Positions 10,867 through 21,344 are shown, counted from the first letter of the stretch. The stretch is 64,000 nt of DNA from Candidatus Rokuibacteriota bacterium (GCA_016184125.1 JACPDG010000066.1:1145-65144), one strand, 5' to 3'. Notes: generated from the sequence alone by a model not told the origin. Numbers and translations are program-made.

Positions 10867-12118
10867 CGCTGAACGCGGGATCGGCCTGCACATCGATCCC
10901 TCCACAGCTCGCGGCACAACCCGTGCCGGCTACTTCCGCTGAGAGTTCGAGCAACAATCGACCGCCGGGCGGGCGATTGTTGGCTCGAACTGAGTTCATC
11001 GTCGTCGGCTTCCCGTCCACGGCGGGCGCCGTCAGCTCGACGCGCTGGTTCCTCGGTTGCACGAAGGGGGTAGGGGCTCAGGGCACAGGCTCGCTGCAGT
11101 TCGTACAGGAAGGGGCCGGAAACAGGGCCGCCTGGCCGCGTCGGGCATTCACCAAAAGGGGACACGCCCTCCCCCTTCACCGCGACGATGTCCGTGAAAT
11201 GAAGAAGAACCGGAGCCAGCGACCGGAGCACCGGCTTGATGACGCCCTCCTGCGCGGTGATCGGATCCGCGCTGATATCGTCCGCTAAGCGGGTTCAAAC
11301 CGGGTGCCATGGGCTCCGCACCGCACGTGCGTCGCCAGTGTAGTTCTGCCAATGCCTCCGAGCCTCAGGCCTCGAGCCACTGCCTAACGCGCGCAGATCA
11401 CGGCGCGCGCAGATCACGGCGGAAGCGGCGCCATTCACGCAAGCGTCGCCGCGATGCGCGAAGCACTTGTGCTCGGGACGCCGGGCGAACAGCTCCGGAC
11501 AGGGCCGGGCCGGGTCGCCGGCTTTACGCCGGCTGCCTCTGCCGGGTTGGGCTACACCAGCGAAACAGCATCTGCGGACGGTCCAAGCCGCGTGGAGAGG
11601 GTGGCCTCGAAAGAAAATACCGCACGCCCTGGAACTTCCGATCGCGCGCGTGTCGGCGTCGCCGCCGGGGAGGTGCTGGCGTTGCTCATCGACGGGCGCA
11701 ACCATCCGCTCGCTACGACCTTCGCGCCCGCGCGCCTCCGCAGCACGGTCGCACGCCGAGAGGCGTCGCCCAAGGCGGACTCCGCGAAAAGCGTCGGCGC
11801 TTGACACTGGTCGCAAGCCATCGGCACCGCGAGAAGCCGGCGACGTCAGCGGCTCGGGGCGCTCGTTGCCGGCCGCCGATCGTCCCCGGCTCGAGAGCGC
11901 CGGCTCCGTCGGCGGCAAGACAACAGTGGAGGGGCCGTACCCACGATGCCGGTGTCGCCCCGGTAGCTCGCTCGCGGGTCCGCTGGCGCTCGCCTTGCCG
12001 TGCAGACGGGCGAGGTGTGGAGATGACGCCATCGTGGAGCACGGCGCGACGGCAACCGAGAACAAGGTGCGGGCGTGGCCGCGTGAACCGTCCTCCGGTA
12101 TGCTCGTGGTCCGGCGTG

Positions 12119-13547
12119 ATGCAGACGAAACAGGACTTGCGCACATTCCTTGAAGCGGCCCCGGACGCGATGGTGGTGGTCGGTGCCGACGGCCGGATCG
12201 TCCTCCTGAACACGCAGGCCGAGCTGATGTTCGGATATCTCGGGAACGAGCTCCTCGACGAGGGCGTCGAATTGTTGGTCCCAACGCGTGACCACGACGA
12301 CCACGTCCGGCACCGCGAGAAGTACTTCGCGAGCCCGGCCGTTCGTCCGATGGGCGGCGGGTTGGAGCTCTACGGCCGTCGCAGGGACGGCTCGGAGTTC
12401 CCGGTCGAGATCAGCCTGAGCCCGCTGGAGCTCGAAGGTGAGACGGTGGCGATGGCCGCGATCCGTGACATCACCGAGCGCAAGCAGGTGGAGCACGCGC
12501 TTCACCACATGAAGGCCATCGTCGAGTCGTCCGACGATGCGATCATCGGCAACACGCTGGACGGCGTCATCACGAGCTGGAACCGCGGCGCAGCGAAGAT
12601 GTACGGCTATTCCGCGGCGGAAGCGATCGGGCAGTCGATCGCGATGCTGGGGCTTGCTGACCGGCCAAACCAGCTGCCGGCCATCCTCGACACTGTGCGG
12701 CGCGGCGAGCACGTGAAGCACCATGAGACCGTGACGGTGCGGAGGGACGGTCATCCCATCGATGTCTCGCTCACCGTCTCGCCGATCCCCGACGCGGCGG
12801 GCAAGGTCGTCGGAGCGGCCACGATGACCGTCGATATCACGGAACGGAAACGGGCCGAGGTCGAGCACGCGAGCCTGATCCGCGAGCAGGCGGCCCGTCA
12901 GGAAGCCGAGGCGGCCGCGGGGCGAGCGAGCCTCCTGGCCGACGCAAGCCGTCTCCTGTCGTCGTCACACGATTACGAGGCGACGCTCGGTCAACTCGGC
13001 AGCATCGTGGTTCCGGCCTTCGCAGACTGGCTCGTCGTATATCTGCCTGACAGAGCTCCACGGCGGCCGGGTCGAGGCACGGAGCGCCGGCGTCGGGCAG
13101 GGCGCCGAGTTCACCGTGCACCTTCCAGGCATCGCCGTGCCGGCGTCGGAGGAACCAGCCGCCGCCGTCTCCGCAACGCCAGCCCATACACGCCGCCGGG
13201 TCCTCGTCGTGGAGGACAACGAGGATGCGCGGGAATCACTCCGCACGGTGCTCGAAGTCGACGGACATGAGGTGGAGGCCGTCGCAGACGGCCATGCAGC
13301 GACCGAGGCGGTCGGCCGCCTCGAGCCAGACATCGTGCTCATCGACATCGGGCTCCCGGACATGGATGGCTACGAGCTCGCGCGCCGGCTCCGCGCAATG
13401 CCGGGCGCCACGCGACGGCGTCTCGTCGCCGTCACCGGCTACGGGCGGCCGGAAGATCGCCAGCGCGCCCTGCAGGCCGGCTTCGACGCTTACTTGATCA
13501 AGCCGGTTGAAGCCGAGCGACTCGCCAGCTTGGTGGCCCGCCTCTAG
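12119..13547 (+). pseudogene. PAS-PAS hybrid sensor kinase with internal deletion; receiver domain intact
   Basis: Two PAS domains and start of a GAF (ADWLVVYL) join out of frame at ~13050 to the end of HATPase_c (LTELHGGRVEARSAGVGQGAEFTVHLP) and a REC domain (VLVVEDN, DIGLPDMDG, KPV). Confidence 0.8.
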
Positions 13548-13561
13548 CACGACTCGCACGG

Positions 13562-14704
13562 TCATGAACGGCGACTGACACTCCCCACCGCCAGACATCC
13601 GTCAGCGCCCAACTCCACCTCCGATCCGAAGTCGCGCGAGATACGATCGAGCGTTCGCCGTAGCCACTCCGCGTCGCCGGGCGACGCCCGATTCAACCGC
13701 ATTCTCCGGATGTGCATCGGCGTCATCCGGAGCGCCGTCAGCCGCCCGGTCGACGCGTCGACGGCCGGGAAGTACATGAGCGCCAGATCGTCCCTGAACT
13801 CCTCGTAGCCGCTGATCCCTTCGTAGTCGTCGATGAAGTTGCCGCAGCCGTAGAGCACGAGCCTGTCCCGGTACACCTCGATCGGGCGCGGATGGTGCGA
13901 GGAGTGCCCGTGAACGATGTCGACGCCGCCGTCGACGAGCCGATGCGCGAAGCGCACGTGGGCCTCAGGCACCGCGTAGCCCCAGTTGCCACCCCAGTGG
14001 ATCGACACGACGACGACGTCACCAGGTCGCTTCACCCGGCGGACGCGGTCGACGACCGCGCTCGCAGTCGCATCCGACACGTCATGCAAGAAGTCGACGC
14101 CGGCGCGCCTGCCGGCCGCGGCCCACGCTGGCGGGATCCCGCTCGTCTCTGTGCCGCAGGAAAACACGACGACCCGGTATCCGCCGGCCAGGTCGACGAT
14201 CGCCGGACGCTGCGCCTCTGGGAGGGTGCGCCCAGCTCCGGCGGTCTTCAGGCCGGCCGTCCCGAGCGTCTCGAGCGTCTCCTCCAGCCCCGGATCGTCG
14301 TAATCGAGGACGTGGTTGTTCGCGAGCGCGCAGACGTCGATCCGCGCCGCCGTGAGGCACGTGACGTTCGCGGGATGCATCCGGTAGTTGATGCCCTTGC
14401 CCTTCCACCAGAAGTCGCTGCGGGTGACGGCGGTCTCCAGGTTGACGATGCGGGCGGCCGGCTGGACGCGCGCGAGCTCGTCCAGCGCGTCGCCCCAGAT
14501 GTATGCCGGCTCGACCGGTCGCGGAACTGGACCGTTCGCTTCTTCCGCCAGCCGGACGTAGTCGCGCGCATCCCGCACGTACGACTCGTGGATCTCCGGC
14601 GGGCTCGGGCACCGCATGATCTGATCGATGCCCCGGCCGGTCATGACGTCCCCGGCCAGGAACACGGTGGTGACGTGATCACCGATCGGAACCGGTGCAA
14701 TCAC
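13562..14704 (-). CDS. CapA/PgsA-family metallophosphatase (poly-gamma-glutamate synthesis-like)
   Basis: GDVMTGRG, NLET, LANNHVLD, SIHWG, GHSSHH, YGCGNF. Confidence 0.85.
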   Translation of the reverse strand: MIAPVPIGDHVTTVFLAGDVMTGRGIDQIMRCPSPPEIHESYVRDARDYVRLAEEANGPVPRPVEPAYIWGDALDELARVQPAARIVNLETAVTRSDFWWKGKGINYRMHPANVTCLTAARIDVCALANNHVLDYDDPGLEETLETLGTAGLKTAGAGRTLPEAQRPAIVDLAGGYRVVVFSCGTETSGIPPAWAAAGRRAGVDFLHDVSDATASAVVDRVRRVKRPGDVVVVSIHWGGNWGYAVPEAHVRFAHRLVDGGVDIVHGHSSHHPRPIEVYRDRLVLYGCGNFIDDYEGISGYEEFRDDLALMYFPAVDASTGRLTALRMTPMHIRRMRLNRASPGDAEWLRRTLDRISRDFGSEVELGADGCLAVGSVSRRS

Positions 14705-15078
14705 TCCGAGGTCAGGCACGATCCGGTGGCATCGTTTCTCTTCTCGTCTTCTCTGGACGTGACGCTGCGGCGCCACGGCTGGTGCAGCGAGCGGCATGCC
14801 AGGGGCGACCTCCTCGCGTGCCGAGCATCGAGAGGCCCTGCAACGCGGTGTCGATGTTGCACTGACCAGCTCGGTTCAGCAACAATCGACCGCCAGGGCG
14901 GTCGATCGTTGCGCGAACTCTCAGTCCCCCCAGCTGGCATCGATCGCGCAGGCTTGTCTTTCTCCGGAGCTTGCGCGTGGAAGCTGTTCGCCTCCGTTGG
15001 CGAGCGCGATCCCCTCGGTTCCGGGCCGCCGCACGATCTCCCCGGGTGAACCCTCTTCAGGAGGCAGGAGGTCGGACC

Positions 15079-15492
15079 ATGAGACAGGCCATGCTCGTCG
15101 CCGTCGCTGCCGTGCTCGCGACCACCGGTATCGTGGCCGCGCAGCCCCCGACCGTGAGTGACATCGCACTGTGCAACCAGGAAGCTGCGGCGGCCACGGG
15201 TGGCAGCGCCCTGCCCCGCATGCCGGAGCCGCGCCCTGGCCTCGAGAGCACGCATGACCCCGCCGCCCGAGAGGGCGTGCCGGCACCGAGGGAATCGAGC
15301 CCGTCGGTCGTGACGGCACGCGCGACGCGAGAACCGGAGCGACGGACGGAGACCGGCTCGACCGGCACCATCGTGACCGACGCGCCCGATCCCTGGCTCG
15401 AAGGGATGGCGGCCGAGAAGCTGGATGATCCGGCGTACCGCACCGCGTACCGGGACTGCATGCAGCGCCAGCTCGACCGGCCGCGCCGCTGA
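15079..15492 (+). CDS. secreted hypothetical protein with two Cys
   Basis: GGAGG RBS, signal-peptide-like MRQAMLVAVAAVLATTGIVAA, ALCNQEA...YRDCM. Confidence 0.7.
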   Translation: MRQAMLVAVAAVLATTGIVAAQPPTVSDIALCNQEAAAATGGSALPRMPEPRPGLESTHDPAAREGVPAPRESSPSVVTARATREPERRTETGSTGTIVTDAPDPWLEGMAAEKLDDPAYRTAYRDCMQRQLDRPRR

Positions 15493-15577
15493 GTGGGGAG
15501 AGCAGCACACGAAAGGAGGTTGCCGCCATCGGACCACCGTGCCGTGGAAACGGGCGTGCTGGCACGACCTCACCGGG

Positions 15578-16972
15578 GTGCGGCGGACGGTCCCCGGTCT
15601 CGTGGTCGTGTCCGTCGCTTGGCTCGCCTTGGTCCCCGCAGCTCCCTCGCGCCGTGCCATGGAGGAGCCCGCCCTGCTGGTCACGGTCGGCGACGCGACC
15701 GATCGCACCGCCGTGGTCTGGGTCCGAGCACGAGCGGCCGCGCCGGTGACCATCGAAGTCGGCCGCGACGGCGACGAGAGCGTCCGGACAGTCGTGGTGG
15801 AGCCCTCGGCCGCGCGTGACTTCACCGTGCGAGCGAAGCTGGACGGCCTGGTCGCGGCGACCCGCTACCGCTACCGCATCCGCGCGGCGGGCGCGGAGCG
15901 CGAAGGCACGTTCCGGACCGCGCCGGCGCCAGAGGATCGGTTCCCGTTCACACTCCTGTGGAGCGCCGACCTGGGAGCGCGCGGCTTCTGCCGCCGCGTC
16001 GGCGAGCGCTATGCCGTCTTCGACGCCATGACCGCGCGCCGCCCGGATGTCTTCCTGTTCCTTGGCGACACGATCTACGCCGACCATCGCTGCGGCGGCG
16101 GCGGCGCGGTTCCCGGCGCCGAGTTCGTCGCGCGCACGCTCGGCGAGTTCCAGGCGAAGCACCGGTACAACCGCGAGGACCAGGCGGTCCAGGCGTTCCT
16201 CGGACAGACCACGGTGTGGGCGACCTGGGACGACCATGACGTGCGTGGGAACTTCGCAGGTCCCACGGAGGAGTTCATGCCCGTGGGCCGCCAGGCGTTC
16301 CTCGACTACTGGCCGATCGACGTGCCGGCCGATGATCCAACGCGGCTCTATCGGCGCTTCCGCTATGGGCGGCTCGCCGAGGTGTTCATCCTCGACACCC
16401 GCCAGTATCGCAGCCGCAACTGCCAGCCCGACGGGCCGGACAAGACGATGCTCGGCGCACGCCAGCGCCGGTGGCTGATCGACGCGCTCACGACCTCGGC
16501 GGCCGTGTGGAAGATCGTGGCCTCGAGCGTGCCGCTCTCCATTCCCAAGGCGTGGCCCTGTGGCGACTCGTGGGCGCGACGGGGGCTGGCCCTCTTCTCG
16601 ACGGGCTTCGCTCACGAGCGCGACGTCATCCTGGACGCGCTCCTCGAGCGCGCGGTTTCCAACGTCGTGTTCCTCGCCGGCGACGTCCACTTCGCCTCCG
16701 TGATCGCACACCAGCCGCAGCCCGGCTTTCTCCTGCACGAGCTCCTGGCCGGCCCGCTTTCTGCGCGGCCCAAGCAGCCGGACGCGCCGAGCCACGATCT
16801 CAATCCTCGCGTGCTCTTCTCCGCAGGCGGGCGCCCGACGTTCGGCGAGGTGGAGATCGGAGCGATGGGCCTCACCGTCCGCGTCCTCGACGGTGCCGGC
16901 GGCGTCCTCGGAACGGAGCGGATCGCACCGGCTCCGTCGTCCTCTTACCTCGGATCGGCTCAGAGCCCGTGA
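15578..16972 (+). CDS. phoD: alkaline phosphatase D family protein
   Basis: FLGDTIYAD, WDDHDV, LDTRQYRS, TMLG..Q..WL, AGDVH; start codon uncertain. Confidence 0.85.
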   Translation: MRRTVPGLVVVSVAWLALVPAAPSRRAMEEPALLVTVGDATDRTAVVWVRARAAAPVTIEVGRDGDESVRTVVVEPSAARDFTVRAKLDGLVAATRYRYRIRAAGAEREGTFRTAPAPEDRFPFTLLWSADLGARGFCRRVGERYAVFDAMTARRPDVFLFLGDTIYADHRCGGGGAVPGAEFVARTLGEFQAKHRYNREDQAVQAFLGQTTVWATWDDHDVRGNFAGPTEEFMPVGRQAFLDYWPIDVPADDPTRLYRRFRYGRLAEVFILDTRQYRSRNCQPDGPDKTMLGARQRRWLIDALTTSAAVWKIVASSVPLSIPKAWPCGDSWARRGLALFSTGFAHERDVILDALLERAVSNVVFLAGDVHFASVIAHQPQPGFLLHELLAGPLSARPKQPDAPSHDLNPRVLFSAGGRPTFGEVEIGAMGLTVRVLDGAGGVLGTERIAPAPSSSYLGSAQSP

Positions 16973-17062
16973 ACGAATCGGCGTGCCGAGACGGGCCCGG
17001 GTTCATCCCGGGCCCGGCGAACGTCGGGGAGGTTGGGGGCCATTTCGGGGCCCCTCATGAAC
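16969..17062 (-). repeat. two-hairpin dispersed repeat (copy c)
   Basis: TTCATGAGGGGCCCCGAAATGGCCCCC...CCCGGG-ATGAA-CCCGGG...GATTCGTTCAC; its GTGAAC end contains the phoD stop. Confidence 0.75.
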
Positions 17063-17066
17063 TCGG

Positions 17067-17370
17067 TCACGCGACCGCGTCGTGACGCAGGATCGGCCCC
17101 TCACGACGCTCGGGACCTGCGACGGCGAGCGGGCGAATCCGGCCGCGGACCACATCGGCGACGGCGTCGAGCGCGGCGCGCAGCTGGGACTCCGAATCGA
17201 AGACGGTGACCGCGACGACCTCGTGCTCGCCGGTGCGGACGGTAGTGTAGGAGCGAACGCCGGGCTGCGCGCGAAGGCGCTCCGCCACGGCGTTCGCGGC
17301 CGTCGTGTCCGACGGATCGTCCCGGTCGTCGAGGCGCCAGATGTTCACGTGTGCATACCCGCTGACCGCC
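17067..17370 (-). CDS. ABM/dimeric alpha-beta barrel-like protein, start unclear (possibly pseudogene)
   Basis: YAHVNIWRL...LRAQPGVRSY...VAVTVFDSE; no clear start codon. Confidence 0.45.
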
Positions 17371-17399
17371 CGCGGCTCCGTCGTGGTCGGCAGTGAGCG

Positions 17400-17735
17400 C
17401 GCCGCCCGCGCGCGTGTGCTTCCCTCGGCGATGGTCCGCGGTCGTCGCAGGCACGATGTCGCGTCCGACGTGGCCGACGTGCTCGCCGCGGGTCGCGTCG
17501 ATCGCATCGAGCCGGATCTTGCCGGGCCCCGGGCTCGCGGCGCCCCCCAGCTTCGGCATGGAGAGGACGAGGACGCCGTTGTCGTATGTGGCGTTCACGA
17601 GACGCGGGTCGACCGGCTCGAGCAGCGCCACCTCGCGCCGGTACGGCCCGAGCGTCCACTCGCTGATGAGCAGGTTCCGGTCGTGCTGGTGCGGGCCACG
17701 CTGCCGCCCGTGGAGCGTGACGCGACGGCCGCTAC
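17400..17735 (-). pseudogene. Hsp20/alpha-crystallin protein, N-terminally truncated
   Basis: RVTLHG...EWTLGPYRREV.L..PVD...VNATYDNGVLVLSMPK; no start codon, abuts tRNA-Cys 3' end. Confidence 0.7.
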
Positions 17736-17756
17736 CGTGTAACGGCCTGGAAGGTT

Positions 17757-17832
17757 TGGAGGCGGCGGGCGGATTCGAACCGCCGCATAACGGATTTGCA
17801 GTCCGCTCCCTTAACCACTTGGGTACGCCGCC
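17757..17832 (-). tRNA. tRNA-Cys(GCA)
   Basis: GGCGGCG acceptor, GCGGA-CTGCAAA-TCCGT anticodon arm, GTTCGAATCC, CCA. Confidence 0.95.
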
Positions 17833-17860
17833 GCCGAAGCGGAAGACCGATGCGAGGAAC

Positions 17861-17935
<75 letters not shown>

Positions 17936-17946
17936 TCGCCCCGGTT

Positions 17947-17974
17947 ACTCTAGCACGGCGTCGGAAAATCGCAA
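17947..17974 (-). promoter_or_regulatory. sigma70-like promoter of the tRNA-Gly/Cys operon
   Basis: TTGCGA-N16-TAGAGT with TG before the -10. Confidence 0.5.
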
Positions 17975-17991
17975 GGTTGCCGACGGTGCAA

Positions 17992-18451
17992 TCACTCCTC
18001 CTTCACGAGCTGCTCGAACGGCGTCGGGTCCATCTCGAACCGGTTCTCCCGAAGCTGCGTGCGCAGCGCCTCGGCCTCCGCGACGGTGATGACCCCCGTC
18101 CGGATCGCGGTCAGCAGCGCGCCGAGTGTGTTCAGCAGGTAGTCCCCCCGAGCCGGGCGAACAGCTCGCGCCGGAACCGTCGCTTCTCGTCGGCAGCGAT
18201 CACCCACCGCCGGCTGACAGCGACTGCCAGAGAGGCCGACTTCCCGTCTCCGAGGAACCGGCGGAACTCGTCGTAGAGCCGGAGCTCGCCGCTGATCGTC
18301 GTGCCGGACCTCCGCTCTCACGTGGTTGAACTAGGTGGAAGCGCAGGCCGGGGAGCTTACCGAGGATGTCCATGCGGTCGACAACGAGGAAGTTGATGAG
18401 GAAGCTCGCATCGGCAACGACGAGCAGGCGTCCGTCGGCATCCCGCTCCAC
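17992..18451 (-). pseudogene. PIN/DUF3368-like protein, frameshifted
   Basis: VVADASFLINF N-terminus; LGDG.SASLAVA...IAADE and LLNTLGALL..IR.G.IT fall in different frames. Confidence 0.65.
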
Positions 18452-18454
18452 GCC

Positions 18455-19010
18455 TCACGCCCGCGGGACATAGGCCCGCCGCCCCTTCGGCCCCTTCTCG
18501 GGCTCCCGCTCGACCGTCGCGAGTAGCACGTTGAACTCACCCGGCTGAACCTGGGCCAGGTCGCAGAGCTCCCTCAGCTTGGCCCGGCTGATGACTTCCC
18601 GGCGGAGTGCTTCGACGGCGAGCAGCACGAGCTGATGCCGGAACGGCTTGTGCCCAGGCGCCTTCACGTCGGGCTCCGGGCCCAGGAAGCGCATGATGCT
18701 CGCGCCAGCCTCCTTCTGTTCGGCGAGCCCGGCCCGCTCCTCCTCGGTGACGAGCTTGAGGTTCAGCAGCCGGCAAAGCGCCGTCTCGTAGCTCACGCCG
18801 AGGTGATGGGCGAGGTGCGCAACGTCGTACACCTGGACGTCCTGCGAGTGGGCTTCGCGGCGGCGCTGCCCCTCTACCACCGCGGTCTCGTCGTACGCGC
18901 GGAGCTGGCTCCGGCTCTGTTCGCCCTTGCCCAGCCGCCGGACGAAGGCGCGGACGCCCCCCTCTGGCATCAGGAAAGCCGCAGCGAAGGCGTTGGCCCG
19001 CACCTCGAAC
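18455..19010 (-). pseudogene. C-terminal part of ImmA/IrrE family metallopeptidase
   Basis: EVRANAFAAAFLMP, LAHHLGVSYETAL.RL..L; HExxH region and HTH missing. Confidence 0.75.
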
Positions 19011-19142
19011 AGCTGCGGCGGCTGACACGATTCTCGCGAGCGTCGAGGGCGTGAAGAGGGCGGCGGCGTGAACTTGCCGACTCGTCGCTCCCTCGCCTAC
19101 CCTTTCACGAAGTCGGTCCATCCCCGTCAACCAGGAGCCGTT

Positions 19143-19385
19143 ATGCCCGTAAATGTCACCGCGATTCTCAGGACGGCGCTTCACCAGCTCGAGACCGAAC
19201 GGCATCGGGTCGACCGTCAGATGGGCGCCCTCAGGGCAGCCCCGGACAGCAGCGTGCCGCAGAAGTCCTCACGTCGGCGCCGGCCGATGAGCGCTGCGGC
19301 GCGACGAGCTCTGAGCCGGCGCATGAAGGCGTACTGGGCGAAACGGAAGGCGGAGAAGTCGAAGGCGGCGAAGAAGGCCAGTTGA
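19143..19385 (+). CDS. small basic protein (coiled coil + MSAAARRALSRRMKAYWAKRK tail)
   Basis: AGGAG RBS; Lys/Arg-rich C-terminus suggests nucleic-acid binding. Confidence 0.7.
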   Translation: MPVNVTAILRTALHQLETERHRVDRQMGALRAAPDSSVPQKSSRRRRPMSAAARRALSRRMKAYWAKRKAEKSKAAKKAS

Positions 19386-19671
19386 CCGCGCGACCCGCCG
19401 TGACGCCTTTCGGCAGACGGTTGCCAGTGCGAGGGCACGTTCCGGATGTTCAGAGGCCCAGCTCCCGACCCAGGATCCGGGTGACGAAGCGCTCGCCGTA
19501 CGTCTTGCTCGCGACGAGCGCCCTGATCCGATCGCGCACCTCCTCTGTACGTCCCGGCTTCTCCGCCGGCTTCATCGTGTTCGCGTAAGCGGCCCACACG
19601 TCGGCGCCCGTGACTCTCGCCCTCCTGCGGGCTTGAGCCCTATAGCAAATATATGGCACAATTTCGTCATC

Positions 19672-20367
19672 ATGAAGGTTGCGCTCGTCCAGCATCTCCC
19701 GAAGATCTCGCGGCAGCTCGAGGCGGCGGGCCACGAGGTGCACGAGGTGAGCCTCGGGCCCCGGGCACGCACGCGGGCAGGCCAGTTCCACGTGGTCGTC
19801 ATGTCCGGCGCGGCGGCCAGGGGCACGCGCGCAAGGATCGCGAAGCTCAAAGCGACGTTCCCCGACACCCCGTGCGTCTTGGCCTCTGACCGCCTCACCG
19901 GCAAGGCCGCGGCCGACGCGATCGCGGCTGGCGCGCTGCTCACGACCATCCGCTCGGTCCCCAAGACGCTCGCGGCATTGGCGCGACTCGTGCCGCCGGC
20001 CTTGCCGGGCCTTCGCGGCTATGTCGCCCCAGAGCTCCACGACCCCCAGACTGGACGTCTCGACGCCGGGCGCGTGGCCAGCGCCCTGGGCCTCAGTCTG
20101 TCCGCCCTGGCCAAGCCGATCGGCGTGACGCCCTCGGCCCTCTCGAGGCGCCCCACCGCCCGCGCAGCCCAGCCGGGGCTGCGCGAGATCGAGTTCGTGT
20201 GGGCCGCCCTGCGGACCGAGTTCGGCTCCGACCAGGCGGCACGCGCATGGCTCAACGCGCCGCACCCCGACCTCGCTGGCCGGGCGCCGATCACCCTCCT
20301 GACGGAAGGGTCGGCCACCGCCCTCGCCGATTACCTGAGAAGCGCGCTCGCCGGCCAGCCGTCCTGA
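19672..20367 (+). CDS. antitoxin Xre/MbcA/ParS (DUF2384) with HTH
   Basis: HTH LGLSLSALAKPIGVTPSALSR; C-terminal ARAWLNAPHPDLAGRAPITLL. Confidence 0.8.
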   Translation: MKVALVQHLPKISRQLEAAGHEVHEVSLGPRARTRAGQFHVVVMSGAAARGTRARIAKLKATFPDTPCVLASDRLTGKAAADAIAAGALLTTIRSVPKTLAALARLVPPALPGLRGYVAPELHDPQTGRLDAGRVASALGLSLSALAKPIGVTPSALSRRPTARAAQPGLREIEFVWAALRTEFGSDQAARAWLNAPHPDLAGRAPITLLTEGSATALADYLRSALAGQPS

Positions 20368-20606
20368 TGCGGGCGGAGCTCGAGCTCCGCCGGGCGCTCG
20401 AGCGAGCGCCGCTGGTGGAGCGAACTGGACCGCTCCATCGCTTGGCGCGGCTCGGGTACCTCCTGGATCGGCTGCTCCGGACCCGGACTCTCGGCGCGCT
20501 GGACGCAATCGGCTCGCTCCGTGAGGGCGGCCGGTTCAATCTCAAAGCGAGATTCGAGGTCGCGTGCGGTCCCGACCGCTTCCGTGGTGAGCAGCTCGGG
20601 CCGTGA
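20367..20606 (+). pseudogene. RES-domain toxin, truncated
   Basis: TGATG coupling to the antitoxin; GSLREGGRFN motif, then premature end. Confidence 0.7.
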
Positions 20607-20755
20607 ATCCCACGAAAGGCCGTCGGAGAGGAGCCAACGACGCGCCGAGATCCCGACGATTCGTTACGCGCCGTCCGGGCGCGACGACAAGAAGGACACG
20701 GATTCCCGGGAAGGACCGGGAGGGGAGCGCCTCGGTGACCCGCCGAGCGCGCGGT

Positions 20756-20947
20756 CTACACGCGTCTCTCGGGACCGGTCGGATCTGTCCTGACGTACAG
20801 GGTGCCCGGTTCCTTCGCGCCGCACTTCGGGCAGTAAGGGTGCTTTCTCGCATCCTCGTCGCCGGGCAGGTAGAAGACGAGTCCCGCGCGGCAGTGGCGG
20901 CAGAGTTCGATCTGTTCGGGTAGCCCTGCGCTCGTCGTCGCCATCAT
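20756..20947 (-). CDS. 63-aa zinc-ribbon-like protein (CxxC...CxxC)
   Basis: GGGAGG RBS; LCRHCR...YCPKCG. Confidence 0.6.
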   Translation of the reverse strand: MMATTSAGLPEQIELCRHCRAGLVFYLPGDEDARKHPYCPKCGAKEPGTLYVRTDPTGPERRV

Positions 20948-21095
20948 GCGCCTCCCTGGCCTTCGATCCTGCGGGGTTGATTTGGCCGTGACCGGTCGAG
21001 GCGGCGAGGCGCGCACGGGCTCCGCTGAGCGCCGAAGAGAAGTGTCGCCATCCGGATCCTCCCTCGAAGACCACGGCGTTTTAGCATGCGCGCCC

Positions 21096-21250
21096 GGGCC
21101 GGTCTCCTGGCTCTCGGATCGTCCTACTCCCCGCGCCTTCCCGGCCTCGCGGCCAGTGGCTCTTCGCGGGTTTCGTCCCCGATCACAGTGACGGGGTCGC
21201 GGCGGATTCGCACCGCCTTCCCTGGGCCCTCATGGGCACCGCGGGCGCGC
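21096..21250 (-). ncRNA. cobalamin riboswitch
   Basis: AGGGAA-GGCGGTGCGAATCCGCC-GCGACCCCGTCACTGTGA...GCCACTG...GGGAAGGC...GAGCCAGGAGACCGGCC (B12 box). Confidence 0.92.
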
Positions 21251-21344
21251 TTCACCACGGGGGAAGCTAGCAGACGCGACGACTGATCGCAACCGGCGAC
21301 GCCCGCGCTTGCCCGAAGTCGAACCGGAAACCTGCCGAAGCTCC

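Noticed and set aside
10912-10930. Sigma54 promoter upstream of the aconitase (CGGCAC-N5-GTGC)
   Set aside because: It deviates from TGGCAC-N5-TTGC at both elements and is likely by chance at this GC.
10930-12100. Genes between the aconitase and the PAS kinase
   Set aside because: Only Arg/Pro/Ala-rich frames and possible short remnants are present; no family could be supported.
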